Assembly (NCBI GenBank): GCA_905178155.1
Contig: CAJINV010000003.1
Coordinates: 10,919,272-10,983,271 of the forward strand
DNA from: Amoebophrya sp. A120
Lineage: Eukaryota > Protista > Dinoflagellata
Length of the DNA: 64,000 nt
Reading direction: 5' to 3'
Positions 38,259 to 50,786 of the stretch are shown piece after piece. How positions within the stretch are numbered: position 1 is the first letter of the stretch; every line of letters starts with the position of its first letter. The notes below the pieces were generated by a model that was not told the DNA's origin, made no database searches, and was given only the letters and a program-made list of their open reading frames with translations. A program made the position numbers and the translations under genes.

Positions 38259-41200
38259 ATGGAGAACTCCTTGCAGGGCCTTTCGGTACTGGTGCCATAC
38301 GAGCAGCAGCAGCTACTCAGTGCGCGTCAACAAGCAGAAAGGCAGAGCATTTTGGAGCAGTCCCTGCGTGGCGAATCAGCCTTCGTGCGGCTTTCCCTGG
38401 ATGACCAGGACTTTTTCCACGATGCGTTGGAGGGAGAAGATGGGTCGTCAGCCTCATCTAGCAGCGGTCCTCGCGATCATGATAGGCCAAGATCGACGTA
38501 CTTGCTCGCGTTCAATTTTCGTTTTATCGTACAACATGAACATGAGTATCAATCGACTTGATGTTAGAATCTTTTGAAGAGAAGCACAGCTTCTCCTTCT
38601 GCTACTGATTGTTTTTGAAGAGATTCCACTGTCCTGATTTGTTTTTATGTCCTCGATCGTGTAGTGAAAAAAGGGAGCACCTGACAGATGATATTGATCA
38701 GGGTCGTTGTTCCACCTTCGGAGGTCCTTCATGGCGCAGCGCGTAATCGGGCGCCGGGGACTTCACCACTTCACAGTATGCGACCCGGTCTTGTTGGCCA
38801 GCAAGATGACCTCCGCACGAGTGCTTCCTCTCACGAGCGGCTCAGCGGGTCGCAGCAAATTCTCTCATCTCCGCTGCCAACCGTGTCGGATCTCATCTGG
38901 GGCATGTCTTCTCTGGGCTCCTATCCATTGTTGAAAAAAAGTATCGTACTAGTCCCACTTAATATGTTAGTTGCACGACGACTGAAGTTGTAGTAATTCT
39001 AGTTTCCTAAGAAGACATAACGGAATTATGTGTAATGCGCATGCTGGTAAGGAAAGTGAGTTGCATTTGTAGTGATGCTGCATGGCGCTTCGAAGAAAAA
39101 GTGTGAGCAGTGCGATGAAACTTTTTTGCCCGAGGATAGCTCTTCTGCTGAGCATCCAATCCAGCATTCGCAGCGCCTCGGGCTCGCGGGTAGGTCGCCT
39201 GCCGCGGGTGGAAGCGTCGCGCGCAATGTCAATAACGCTGGTGCTACAGACAGCTTCATCAGCCCGGTCGCCGGGAGGCCGCTAGGAAAAGTGGTAGAAG
39301 GCGAAGGTGGCACGACAAGAACTGGTGTGGACGCCGGCATGCGTGCGAACAACATTGGTGATTTTGGCGGCCTCAGACAAAAAGACGAAGAGAAGATTGA
39401 TCCTGAACTGCGGCACGAAGAAGAAGGCACTCCGTTGGCAGGTCGATATGTTGGATACGCCGCGTCTTCAGAGGCAGATAATGTAGATTTTCGTGATAAA
39501 GACAAGTCTTGTTCACGCGACGGAATCCATTCAGCCGCACTGCTGGACGACGTCGTCGAGCCGAACAGAATAGAAAACAGTTCGGAACTGCAAGAATCCG
39601 AAGCTGCGGTGCGGCGCGCGACTCCAGCAACAATCAATAAGTGGGAGCATGGAATCGACTTCAACCTCGAGCTTCCGGACTTAAACCATGCCAGCAGCAG
39701 CTCCTGCGCAACCACTTCCGAGCGGTTGCATGAAATGCGAGCGGCGGCGGTTCCCAATTGCCACCTGGAATCGTCACCGGAAGGAAGGGACCCGCTGCTC
39801 GACACGTTCTACTCCACCGGCACAGCCTGCTCTGCCGCCGCGCCCGCTGCCACGAATACTGATGAAACCGGCACGGCTGCCACGGACAAGGATGAAACGG
39901 GCCCCCGCGGACAGCAGCAGTGCCAGCCGAGAGCGCCGAAAATGGAGGCGGTCTCCCAAGCCACCAGAGGCTGCGACGAAGACGAACTCTCGCCAATCAA
40001 GGCGGGCCGTTGCTTCGTCGAAGAAAGAGCTAGGACCAGCGGGGAAGACCAAGAAGTTAGGCGTGGAGTAGAGATCGATGATGCCACTCGTCCCACTGCT
40101 TTAAACAAAAACCTGCAAAACGGGGAGGATCGCGCGGCATCTTCTCTTGATGGGGTTCCTGGTGCAGCTGCACTGCGTGAGGACTGCACCGAGGACGTGA
40201 CGACTCGCGTGGAGAAAGTGAAGCAGAATCTTCAGGAAAGCAGTGACCGTTTGCACGCGCGTGCACAGAAGCTACTGGAAGAGCTCCGCCTCGAGAACGA
40301 CAATGCTCCAGCTTTGCCATTGCCAACCTTTGATCTTCCAGCTACAGCAGAAAGTCCCGAGGGGGAACCGATAGGCAGTGGCTTTGAAGACGGAAGCAAG
40401 ATCAACAGGATTGACTGTGCTGGCATCAAACCGAACACAATGATGCCAAGAATTTGTGATGTGGACGACATCAAGGACAGCCAAGAGCTGCATCAGGCGC
40501 AAGAAGACAACATGTTGAGCCGCGAGCTTCATGTCGATGAAATCACACGTTCTTCGCAAAAGGAGCCTGGAGAGGGCGGGCTCGGGGAGCTGCCTGAGGC
40601 GCGCGGTTTCAGAGGAGTCACTAAGGCTGACTACGATAAACTTTATGCAAGAACCGCTACCGCAACCGCTTCTGTCCCGAACAAGGCTGAAACAACGAGG
40701 ACAACGAGTGCACCCAGGGAAAACGAAAAGGTGATGCAGGACCCCAGGCAAGATTTAGGTTGTACTCCCTGTCGAACATCTTCGAGCCCGGAGGCCGACG
40801 GCGGCGCGTGCAAGACATCGATACGAGATCAAGACGTACAAATTCAAATAACATAAACACAAATTGGAAGATGAAGTAGCGGAGGCAACTTTGTTTTTTT
40901 TTATTTGAAAAGAAGTACTACGTAGTAGATAGACGACTCCCGTTGTAATACCTCATCATCCTCTTGTTGTAGTTGCTCTTGATGATGTTGATGCTAGGCG
41001 ACGACTTGAATTTGATCGAGATCGCGTCACATGTGCTAGTATGTGTACTACAATATAAATATGGAGGCGCGACGGCGACTCCATATTTATAGTTCCCAAA
41101 ATGAACAAGAACAACAGAGCACGGATCGCCGGGGCTAAAGATACATGAAAAAGAGGAATTTGAAATGATGCAACCGCACCAGGTTAATATGCTGGGAACA

Positions 41201-44200
41201 AGTCCGCAGCTGGTCGACGAGACTGGAATGAAATTCACCACCCCACGTGCGAGCGGGGTGCTGCCAGATTGTGGTCTTGTTCGCGAGCCGCTTCGGGCGT
41301 CGGACAGCTTTCGTCGTGCCTCCCCAGATGCGGTAAAGTCAACATCACCACAGGAGCTGCGCCAGGAGCTATCTACTTCTGCTTTCCATACCCCAGCGAG
41401 CGTGTACCACTTGAGTGACCAAGGCAGTGTGAATCGCACCCTCGCGGAGGAAATGGTAGGGGATTGTTTGATATCCCCTGCAGCAAAAGTATCGCACTCG
41501 TAGCAAGAACCGCAGGCACATCGTGCCGCAGCACAATTATGACAATATCATATATCTTTACTTTTTTTGTAAGCTAGATCAGCAACATTCCGCAAGCTTG
41601 CCATTCTTCTAAAGGAAATCGATATTCTCATGCAATAGGTACTGCTCAAATAAATAGATATAAAATTGATAAATTTGACGACTACGATAGCGATACCTTT
41701 GCGATGCATATTTCACCTCTTACGACTTCGACTTCGAGGACGAGACTCCTGCAGCTGGTTACGCTTCAATCCGTAGCGGTACTTTCGAGCAGCCACAGTG
41801 GAACAAGAGCAACAGCAAGGAATCCCATGACACGATCGCACACCAAACGCAAACCACGGACGATCCTGCTCCTCGTGGGGGTGCACGACGACTCGCGGCG
41901 GACAGTCAAGATCATGCTACCAACTCCACCCTGCTGCGCTCCCCAACGCCAACAAAAGGTGATGCAGGGTTGGCTCTTAATGATCTTCAGGAAAATGCAA
42001 TGGACAGACGAGGAGGATGTGGCGACGAAGACCACTTGGAGGATCAAAGCACGCCTTCAACACTACACGCCGTTGCAGCAGCTGCGCGTAGTTGTAGCAC
42101 TGCCAATCACGACGTCAATGTCAGAAACATGGCGGAGAATGCTAATGCATCTGGGGACGAAGAGCCTCCTGCAGCCGCGCTTGCGTCCCTGAACTCCAAT
42201 GCGCACTCGAGCTTGTCCACAGCCTCCAGCAATGTTCCCACGATTCTTCTGGCAGAGCCAGAAGATGTCGAACTACACGCAGAACAATTGTGTGTCAACC
42301 CTGCCGCGAACAAGAACATCAAGAACCACCAGCAGGAAGATTGCCGCATTTTTGACGACGATGATTCGGCGAGTGGCACATTCAAAACTCTAACGCCCGG
42401 AGGAGCTACGAGGGAACGATCTAGTCGTAGTCAGGACGATGCAGGAGCATTAGAACTTCAGCAAGGTCGTGAGAAGTCTCCTTTTTTTGCTTCAGCGCTG
42501 AGCATCTCCAGCACCCGAGAAGAGCAAGCTGCTGCAAGCACGGGGCCACCAAATGATCTTGACGCTCTTGATAAGGCGACGCTGGGCGGAAGTCTTGTGA
42601 AGCTAAGCAGCTCCTTCGAGCAGATGGGAGAAACTCTAGGCCAGACGCAAATGTTCAGCGCATTGGATCACATGGTCGAAGCTCCTGTGCAGCACCAAGA
42701 GCGGTCTGATGAAGGAACCTTCAGACCGGACAACGACAGCTGCAAGAGCAACCGTGAGTCTCTCGTCGAACAAAGACCGCAGAATGAGCTACTGCTGGCA
42801 GGAGAGAAACAGGAACAACAGCAAAAACATTGGTCGAACTCATCATCAATTATGATAGAGGGCCGGGAGCAGGACGAGCAGCAGGACGAGCAGCACCATG
42901 TGATTTTTGACAAGAAGCACATCACCGACACGCGGACGAGCTTGACTGAGCTGGATACAGGAGCAGCCACGGAGGACGAACATTCCTGCTCAACCACGGT
43001 TGGAGGCACTGCAACAGGCTACATATGCACTTCAAAAGTATCGGTACCGCCCTAGTAGAAGTAGTTGTAAAAATAATTATTGCACCACACTTGTTCCAGT
43101 TCTTTAGTGAAAATGAAATTTTTTGTGATGCTCATTGAGAGGGCAGGAAGGGAAGGCAGGTGAGGTCTCTGCTCCTGCTGCCAGAAAGGAATTACTTTTG
43201 ATATGGCGAGTGCGATACTTTTGCAAAGGATACTACAACTCGGTGAGCGAAATCACGACTGCGTCAAACTTTCCCTTCTCTGGATACACCACAAAAAGCA
43301 GCAATCTGTTGCTGCCGTCCACAGTTAGTACTAGGCGCACTGGACGAGCAGGAACTACGGCAGCCGCGGACGAGGCGGACTCGGCCTCGGGCACCTCGAC
43401 AGGAAGGGAAGAAGAACTGCTCGACGAGCAGCTGTCTGTACCACATCAAGAAGATGAAGCCCGACACTGTGCTGTTGAGGGTACGCGCACTACGTCTCCC
43501 CACAGCAACTCTGTGGCCCCAACAACCACAAGCTCACGAGCAGTCCCAAGTAGAAGTGTCGAAAGTAGAGGACCACTAGTCCCGCAGCGGCAATTAAAGA
43601 CGCCGGGACAGCATCAGCCTCAGCTAGTGCACGGCCCCAGTGTACGGCGAAGCGCCGCTGGTCATGAGGCGGCTGGACACAAATTGCACGCGGAGCAGCG
43701 TCGCGATCTGCATCGCGCGGACCGGGACAAAATGCCTCGGCCGACATTGTGGTCAAAAAATAACAACAAGCCAGACGTAGCAGGAGCTGGTGCGAACTTT
43801 ACGTCTGCACGGCCCCACTTAGAAACAAGCGGCAGGAACGTCCTGGCTTCTAAAAATGCTGGGCGCGGTGGCAGCGACTCCCGTCGACCGTCTGACGGTG
43901 CTCCGGCTGCCCCCCCAAGCCCGGAACAAGTGACCCGGTACCGGGCACTGCGCGTACCGCGCAGCCTGCAGCAGAAGCATTCCGCCGGTCAAGAACAACC
44001 ACACGAGCAATTACACCCTGAGGACAGCGCCGTGCCCTCGCTATCGTCGACGACGGAAGACCCGAATGGAGCTTTGCAGCACTCGTCGAGTTCAAACGCG
44101 CTCAACAGGCTCCGGACCTCGTCGGACTCCAACACAACAGGGAGATCGCTTCTGGACAATTTGTCGAAGGTGATGCATCGTGGGCAGTATCGGCGTTGCA

Positions 44201-45310
44201 AATGTGTCTGGGTCGTCCGAAAAGGTGCAGATAACTTGTCGTGACGCAGCGCCCTATCACTAATCAGTATACGTACAAAGTAATACAAAGTAAAAAACGC
44301 GTCTCACTATTAAGAGGTGGAGGCATTCTTTTTCTTGCCAAATCGTTGTATAATATACTTGTTCCGACGATGAAGATGCTACGCCACTTATTCGAGACCT
44401 TCGCGGCCAATCAAAACGTTGTACATGCACTCTTGGTCTTGATGCACACCCAGACATATTTGCATGCGATGGGCAGCAACGAGCTCACAACGAACACGCC
44501 GTGATGAATAACGGTCAAGCACAGGGGGCGCACTCAAAGGAGCTCCGGGAGCAGCAGCTACGCCGAGCAGCAGAAAACGCTGAAGCGCATCGAGCCCGTC
44601 TCTTGCGCGGCCGTGGTCGATCTCAAACAGACGGCCGCATCGATGGTAATGCCAAGACCGCCCCTGGTGGAGGTGGTGCTCATCACCCAGGAACAGTAGC
44701 AGCTGCTCTGCCCTCTGCAGCATCTTCAACGCGCGGGTCGAAAGCGAAGAAAGGAAAGGATCAGCTTCAATTTCAACGACATAACGCAGAGAAAATGAAA
44801 AACAAAAAGAACCTTGATGTCAGGGACGAAGCCGCTAGCATTTCATTCTCCAGCGGCCATGGGACAGAAAGACTAGGAGAGCAGCTTGAAGACGGGTCAT
44901 CCATTCCTCGAGCGCGGTCCATGTCGACGTGCTCCTCCTCGCGCATGCAGCGCGTCACCGCAACCTCGGCGAGTGCTTCTGCAAAGATGCGAAGTGCTGC
45001 CCCCGATGCGGCTTTTGCAGGCGGCCAAGAGCAAGCCGCGCCGCAGCAAGTTTTTCAGGACAAAGTAGTTGCTGCGTCGTCGTCCTCGCAGCAGGAGCTT
45101 GATAATGCGGGAGATAAATCTTGGTCAGGCGCCGCAGAAGAGTACCAGGATGCTAATACTCCTACGCAGCTGCCACACGGCAGCACCGCAGCGCCTGAGC
45201 CGCCTTCCGAAACGAAAATCTTTCGAATTGCTGAAGCGGTCCGGATAGCGCCCGGTCTACCGCCAGAGCTGCGTGGAGACCTGCTTTCACTCCTGGAATC
45301 GCGGAAATAG
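38259..45310 (+). CDS. Multi-exon low-complexity hypothetical protein
   Basis: Long + strand ORFs (39072-40856, 41970-43055, 43135-44244, 44501-45310) separated by AT-richer intron-like gaps. No recognisable domain. Confidence 0.5.
44188..44476 (+). mobile_element. Introner-like non-canonical intron, TIR family 1
   Basis: TTGCAAATGTGTCTGGGT ... ACCCAGACATATTTGCA. 7-bp direct repeat TGGGCAG. Removal gives in-frame MHRGQ|QRAHNE. Confidence 0.8.
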
Positions 45311-45797
45311 CACACAGCTGCAGCACACCAGCTGTACCTGCAAGGATGATGATGATGATGATGAACGACGAAGATGAGAGCAGGTTTAGGGTTTTGATGG
45401 AGGACGGGTCGCGCAGCTGCACAGCAGCCACCCTAGTATAGAAATGAACGACGCGGCGGTGGCCCGTTTCAATGACTCCAATTTATCAGTATGAACTTTC
45501 TTCGGTGCGTGAGGAGGTGGATGATCGAAAGCTGGGCATCGCCAATCCTGGTTTATTGGTTGCCCGTTGGAATCGTGAAGTAGATCATGGATTAAGCCTA
45601 TTTTTTTCGAAAGCTGGGAGCAAAACCCTAGTCGCAGGACGGTCCGCCATTGTGCTGCATCGTGAAAGTCTAAGCCTAGTTCGGTTGCTGCCCTCCATTG
45701 GAAAAGATCGTCACTGTGATCCTTGGATCCCCCAAAAGCTCTTTCGATCTGCTGGTGCCAAGTCTCCATTTATTTAGGCACGCCATTATATCAACAT

Positions 45798-45920
45798 TTA
45801 AACGCCAAACCATACCAGCCCTGTTTAAAGTCATTAAGAAACTTGAAGAGAGTCGACGACCAAGAGAACCCGAACATCAGCAAAAACCCCTTCAGCAAAG
45901 TTGTGAACTTCAGCGTTCAC
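45798..45920. repeat. Split direct repeat X, terminal copy (123 bp)
   Basis: Identical to 50888-51010 (TTAAACGCCAAACC...CAGCGTTCAC). Confidence 0.97.
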
Positions 45921-47467
45921 GACGCCCCCTTGGTCACGCCCGCTATGCCCGGGCTCAGGGAGGAGACATAGCGACAAAGGCCGCGCACGCTCAGCAAGTC
46001 CCCCAGACTCGCCGACCTGTTGGTGATGTCGGCCACCAGCTTCTCGATGTTTGCAACACATTTCGCCACCTTCTCCTGTGGAATGAACACGGACAGACGA
46101 GACCCGTCCGGACTCAGGTCGTAGGCGATCCCCAGGGACACCAAGACCCGCTGCACAGTGTGCGACTCTGATTTTTTGTGTGCAACAGTCCAGCCGGTCA
46201 GTGCTAGATACAAATCCAGAAGGGCTGCACAGGACGCCAGGGCCCGAAGGCGCGCGAACAGCGTCGCGTCGTCTATATAAAATGGACAAGCGAGGCGCAG
46301 CAAAGTCACACAGATCAACATGTGGACTTCACTGACCCCGATGCAATCAAACACAGACCCGAGACTGCCAAACAGGGCAACGTAGGACTTGATCACCCGC
46401 CATTGCCGTGCGCCGCGGCAGCTCTTCCCCCGGGGCCGTGGTAATGCAACAAGATTCTCGCCAGGCGTGGACACGCAAAGCTGGTAGTAGTAGCCCTCTA
46501 GGTCGCGAGTAGCCAATGCCGCGGTAAAACCGAACTCGTCGCCCGGCTCCCTGCTCTCATCCGTAGCAGCCGCGCGGCACGGGGGAAGCGCGAAAGGCTT
46601 CGCGTGATTCCGCAGAAAAGCCCGCTCACAAAAGGTGTCGGCGATTACATCCCTCTTGGTCTGGAAACAGGACGCAACCGAACCGGACGAACTCGCGCAC
46701 AGCTCCGCGACCTCCACGGAGTGGCGGGGCCCCAGGAGGCGAATCCTATCCGCCGGCCGCATGTGTTTGTTGTGCGGTCTGAAATCTACACAGAGCCGCG
46801 TCTTGTTCTTTTGCTCAACTGGGAACCCGATCGCCGGAACGGAAGAAAGAGGCGCGGCGGGATCAAGTTCGACCCAGATGCCGGCAGCGATATTGGCGTC
46901 TGCCTGCCTCTCCATCTCCAGCACCTGTTCCTCTGACGCCCAATGATCGGCCGGCGGACGCCATTTGGCAGGATCCAGCACCGGAGGAGCAGCCCCCTGC
47001 GCATCATCTGCAGTCGGCAAGGCTTCTCTCCAGAACCCGCAGGGGGGAATGTCGCCCCGTGTGGTAACACCAGTCAGGAGCTTCTGCCTGCACGCCTTCA
47101 TCTTTAGCTTGTCCGCCGGCGTCACGAACGGGTCCTGAAGCCTGTCCACCGCGAGGTCCAGAAGGAAAAACCACATCTCCAGCTGCTTCCCGTGGTTTTG
47201 ATAATTCACCCGCATATGCTCCGGCAGACCCTTCATCGTTATCTCGTTGGCGCCCCGGGTAGCCGAATGCACTGACACGAGCCACCGCGCAAGGATTTCG
47301 TTTCTCGCTATAGTTTCCCGTGCGGGGGTTCGCTTTAGCTCCTGTACAACGTCTCGCATCATCCAGGGCATGACAGACCGACACCCATAGGACCGACGCT
47401 GATCAAAGATCTCCCCCGCGTGGATCAGGTCCTTCTTCTCATCGTCGGGGGCGGGTGGGAGGGCCAT
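45917..47467 (-). CDS. Reverse transcriptase (DIRS-type), no RNase H visible
   Basis: Motifs FPVEQKNKTRLCVDFR, RDLEGYYYQL, LFGSLGSV, FYIDD, GWTVAHKK, SLGIAYDL and thumb LLSVRGLCRY. ATG 47467 chosen by context; the ORF extends to 47572. Confidence 0.88.
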   Translation of the reverse strand: MALPPAPDDEKKDLIHAGEIFDQRRSYGCRSVMPWMMRDVVQELKRTPARETIARNEILARWLVSVHSATRGANEITMKGLPEHMRVNYQNHGKQLEMWFFLLDLAVDRLQDPFVTPADKLKMKACRQKLLTGVTTRGDIPPCGFWREALPTADDAQGAAPPVLDPAKWRPPADHWASEEQVLEMERQADANIAAGIWVELDPAAPLSSVPAIGFPVEQKNKTRLCVDFRPHNKHMRPADRIRLLGPRHSVEVAELCASSSGSVASCFQTKRDVIADTFCERAFLRNHAKPFALPPCRAAATDESREPGDEFGFTAALATRDLEGYYYQLCVSTPGENLVALPRPRGKSCRGARQWRVIKSYVALFGSLGSVFDCIGVSEVHMLICVTLLRLACPFYIDDATLFARLRALASCAALLDLYLALTGWTVAHKKSESHTVQRVLVSLGIAYDLSPDGSRLSVFIPQEKVAKCVANIEKLVADITNRSASLGDLLSVRGLCRYVSSLSPGIAGVTKGAS

Positions 47468-48294
47468 CTTGTTGCAGTTCGTCATCTCCCGCTCGCAGCG
47501 AAATAAATAAGGAGATGCGCACACGCTCACGGAGAGATCGCTCACAAGCACCTCAACGAACAGAACACTCACAATCAGTCACACTCACCTCGCGCTCACA
47601 TCAATCAGTCAAAAAGAAACACAAGAGTGGCACGGACGTTTGTGCCCGCGTCAGCCTGTTTCACGAATTCACGGAGGTAGGACACACACAATCACCGATC
47701 TCTCTCTCAAACACAATTATCAGCAGTGCAGGTGGGTTGATAGGCTTCGTAAGGTGTCGACGCAGTAAAACAACATACAGTACTAGATAAAATCGAATCC
47801 CGGCGCTGGCGTAGACCTGAAGGTATGTTTATGGTTTTAGCAAAAAGTCGACACCTCATCCAGCCTATCAACCCACAGGTCAGGATCGATGGCAAGGAAA
47901 TCGGGTCAGATTAGTCAGGAGTTAGAGCATCCGCCATCTCAGGCTCAAGATCAAGATCTTCACACTCCAGCTTTTGAATGCAAGAGCAAAAGCAGGAAGT
48001 AGCAGCATCAAATATCCAAGTGGAGCAGCGTTGCTTTGCAACTCAGAGACGGGCCGGCGGAGAGCCAATGCCTGTGCGTGAGTTCTAAGACAGGGCAGGG
48101 AACACACTGATGCGAAACAATAGCAAACTAACTAAACTCTACTAGGCAGAAACTTCTTTTTACAACCAAGGCACCTCTACACACTCAAGCTTCGTTTTCT
48201 GGTTTGTAGTAGTTCCACAATGTGGAACATCCAAACACGCGATAAGTGCGCGGCGGCAGATGTCAACACCTAGGCGATGTAAACAAAAAAAAAC

Positions 48295-49113
48295 CTAGGA
48301 CGCAAGCTCTTGCAGCTTATCGTCCGAAATAGCGAACCCCTTCAGGTCGCGAACAAATTTCAGGCGGTCCAATGAGCCGGAGTGAGCAAATTTACAGGCT
48401 GCACCCCGGGCGCAGGAGCCTTTCATCCAGTCATGGCAAAGCAGAGGGGTACTAAACTTGCGGCCCGCCCCGGTGTCGCCCTCCCCCGGGCGCTTGCGGC
48501 CCGCATGAGCCTGAATCGTGTCGAGCTTCTTGGACATCTTGGACATGGCGGAGTCGAGGATGCTCGTCACCTTGCGCTCGATCTCGGCCGTCATGCTGTT
48601 CTTCTCCTTCTCCAGCTCCGCAGCAGTACGCATCGCAGCCTTCAAAGAGACAGTGAGGGCAACTCTGCACCGGAACTGGTAGGGGTTCGCCTGCCCCGCC
48701 GGGGCGGCCGGCATGCTCTGGACGACGCCCTTGGCCTTCTCAAAGTACATGTCCCACACCTTCTTCTTCGGGAGGCCGACGGCGGACGGGGTCAGCATGT
48801 CGCCGGTGTGGAGCTTCGTGACGTACTGGATCATTGTGTTGGCCTGATCATCATCAAAAAGACCGATGGCGCGCAGAACACCGCAGAACTGCTGCGGGGC
48901 CATCTCCTTGGCCGCCATGTCAATCATGGCCATCATCTGCTCCCCATCGTACCGGCGGCGGTACTTTTGGGTCGTGCCGAAGGTGGGCTTGTACTCCTCC
49001 GGGATGTTCTCGACCGCAGCATTGTGGGCAACCAGTTGCGCCGCGGTGGGTAACTGGACCCCTGCGTCTCCAAGGAGACCCATGAATTGCTGCGCAGCGT
49101 TTGCATTGGCCAT
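48295..49113 (-). CDS. Gag-like protein with a C-terminal CCCH zinc finger
   Basis: CHDWMKGSCARGAACKFAH fits C-x7-C-x5-C-x3-H, preceded by a helical/coiled-coil segment. ATG 49113 chosen by context; the ORF extends to 49245. Confidence 0.75.
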   Translation of the reverse strand: MANANAAQQFMGLLGDAGVQLPTAAQLVAHNAAVENIPEEYKPTFGTTQKYRRRYDGEQMMAMIDMAAKEMAPQQFCGVLRAIGLFDDDQANTMIQYVTKLHTGDMLTPSAVGLPKKKVWDMYFEKAKGVVQSMPAAPAGQANPYQFRCRVALTVSLKAAMRTAAELEKEKNSMTAEIERKVTSILDSAMSKMSKKLDTIQAHAGRKRPGEGDTGAGRKFSTPLLCHDWMKGSCARGAACKFAHSGSLDRLKFVRDLKGFAISDDKLQELAS

Positions 49114-49553
49114 TTTGTCGAGTTTGTTGTTCTGAAGCGAGTGTGTATAAAGGTTCAAACGGTTATCAAGTTCCCCTGCAGGCAAGACAGATACAGAGAT
49201 AGAAGGGCCACCAAAGAAAGCGAAGCACTCACTTCGTGCCCCCACCGGATCTTGCGTCGTCGACTCTCACGAATGCACTCAATCAGCACTCACGTCACGC
49301 AGTCACCACTCACATCACGATATTTCGATTTGTACGACCAGAGCGAGGCGATAGAAAAACTTGAGAACGGGAGCGACTGAAGATCACGGGCATCATGTAC
49401 AGCAGGCTTAATAGCATAAATTTTCTTCGGAACCTTATTGGGTCTTCGTTCCGATGGGGAGCGGATCCGGGGCAACATTTATGATTTATCATCAGCAAGA
49501 TTCAGGAGCGTCAATCAGCATTTTGCTTACTTACTTCAAAAACATCAATGGGA

Positions 49554-50768
49554 TTACTTGATCACATTCAGCGGGGCAGAGAGCGGCCAACGGATTGCCG
49601 TCATCTCCGTGCAATTCACGGAGCAACCGTCGAGATAGGCCGCCATTGTCTGGAACTGCTTCCAGCGGCCCAGCTTCTTGATCGACAAATGGTCCAGGCC
49701 GCCCTGACTCACCGCCTGGGCCCCACCAATGCGGAAGCTGTACAGGCCCCACTCACTTCGAGTCGTGTTGACCTTCTTGTTCGGGATCTTGCACCGCTCC
49801 AGGATGCTTGCAAAACAGCGGCGGTGGAGCGTCATGGGCTGTTGACTCCAGGCGGCCCAGGCCGCGTCCGAAACACAGTGCGCCGCGCAGAGCTTCCGCG
49901 ACAAGCCGGCAGTGACAGACAAGTCACAGGAACACCGGAACGACGCATCAAAGCCGCGACCCCCCTGGTCGACCTTCGACTTCGACAAGTGATATCGCGC
50001 ATCGCCCGAAGGCGTTATCGTGCGCGAGAGGTCTCGCAGCTCGTCCGGGCGGGACAACAACAGCCAAGCCGAAACCGCAAACCCCAACCACTCCGCGCAG
50101 GAAAACTGTTGCCCCTTATGCTCAACCTTTGTATCATCGGCGGCGGTAATCACGTCAACAGCGGCCCAGAAGCTACAAAGAACGGGCTTCTCCTGGCTTG
50201 GGCTCGCGTCCAGCTGTAGAATTTTGAAACACCGGGCGTACTCCGCCTGCAAGGTGGCCGACCAGGACACCTTGCCATCTACACTCGCCTTGATGTTGGC
50301 AAGGTATATCGCCGCACTATTATCGATGCCGCTGCACTTGTGCAAAACTGCGGCAATGAGCCGAAGCTTTTCTTCGTCGAGCGGGGCCCCGACTTCCCAG
50401 CCCATCGCACTGCAGATCGGGCTGACGTATTTGCTCACCACGAAACCCTGCGCCGCTTTCGTCCTGGAGGCGTACTGCCGACCCGCGAAATCTTGCACAA
50501 GCTTCTCGCGGAAGGCTTTGTTCTGTAGCTTCTCAATGATCTGCCCAAGTGGCAGTTTGCCACCCTCGTCGGCGGCCGCAGCAGCCGCTTGCGTATCCTT
50601 CGATCTGTCGAACCTCCGTTTCTTGGCCGCGGGGGGAGGGGCGGTCGGGGACCTATCTTTCTTCTCGTCGGCTGGGGGTTTGTTACTAGCTACTGCCGCA
50701 CTACTGCTGCTAACGCCGGTCGAGGCGTAAAGCATGGCCCCGTACATCGCAGCCTCTTCAATGTCCAT
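49554..50768 (-). CDS. Tyrosine recombinase (DIRS-type integrase)
   Basis: LLSRPDEL (box I Arg), KSKVDQGGRG, YSFRIGGA (HxxR position), IKKLGRWK, MAAYL (catalytic Tyr). Confidence 0.92.
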   Translation of the reverse strand: MDIEEAAMYGAMLYASTGVSSSSAAVASNKPPADEKKDRSPTAPPPAAKKRRFDRSKDTQAAAAAADEGGKLPLGQIIEKLQNKAFREKLVQDFAGRQYASRTKAAQGFVVSKYVSPICSAMGWEVGAPLDEEKLRLIAAVLHKCSGIDNSAAIYLANIKASVDGKVSWSATLQAEYARCFKILQLDASPSQEKPVLCSFWAAVDVITAADDTKVEHKGQQFSCAEWLGFAVSAWLLLSRPDELRDLSRTITPSGDARYHLSKSKVDQGGRGFDASFRCSCDLSVTAGLSRKLCAAHCVSDAAWAAWSQQPMTLHRRCFASILERCKIPNKKVNTTRSEWGLYSFRIGGAQAVSQGGLDHLSIKKLGRWKQFQTMAAYLDGCSVNCTEMTAIRWPLSAPLNVIK

Positions 50769-50786
50769 CTTGGGTGGGCGGGCGGG

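Noticed and set aside
48382-50730. Plus-strand ORFs within the retroelement (223, 223 and 236 aa)
   Set aside because: Antisense shadows of Gag and YR with no RNase H or methyltransferase motifs.
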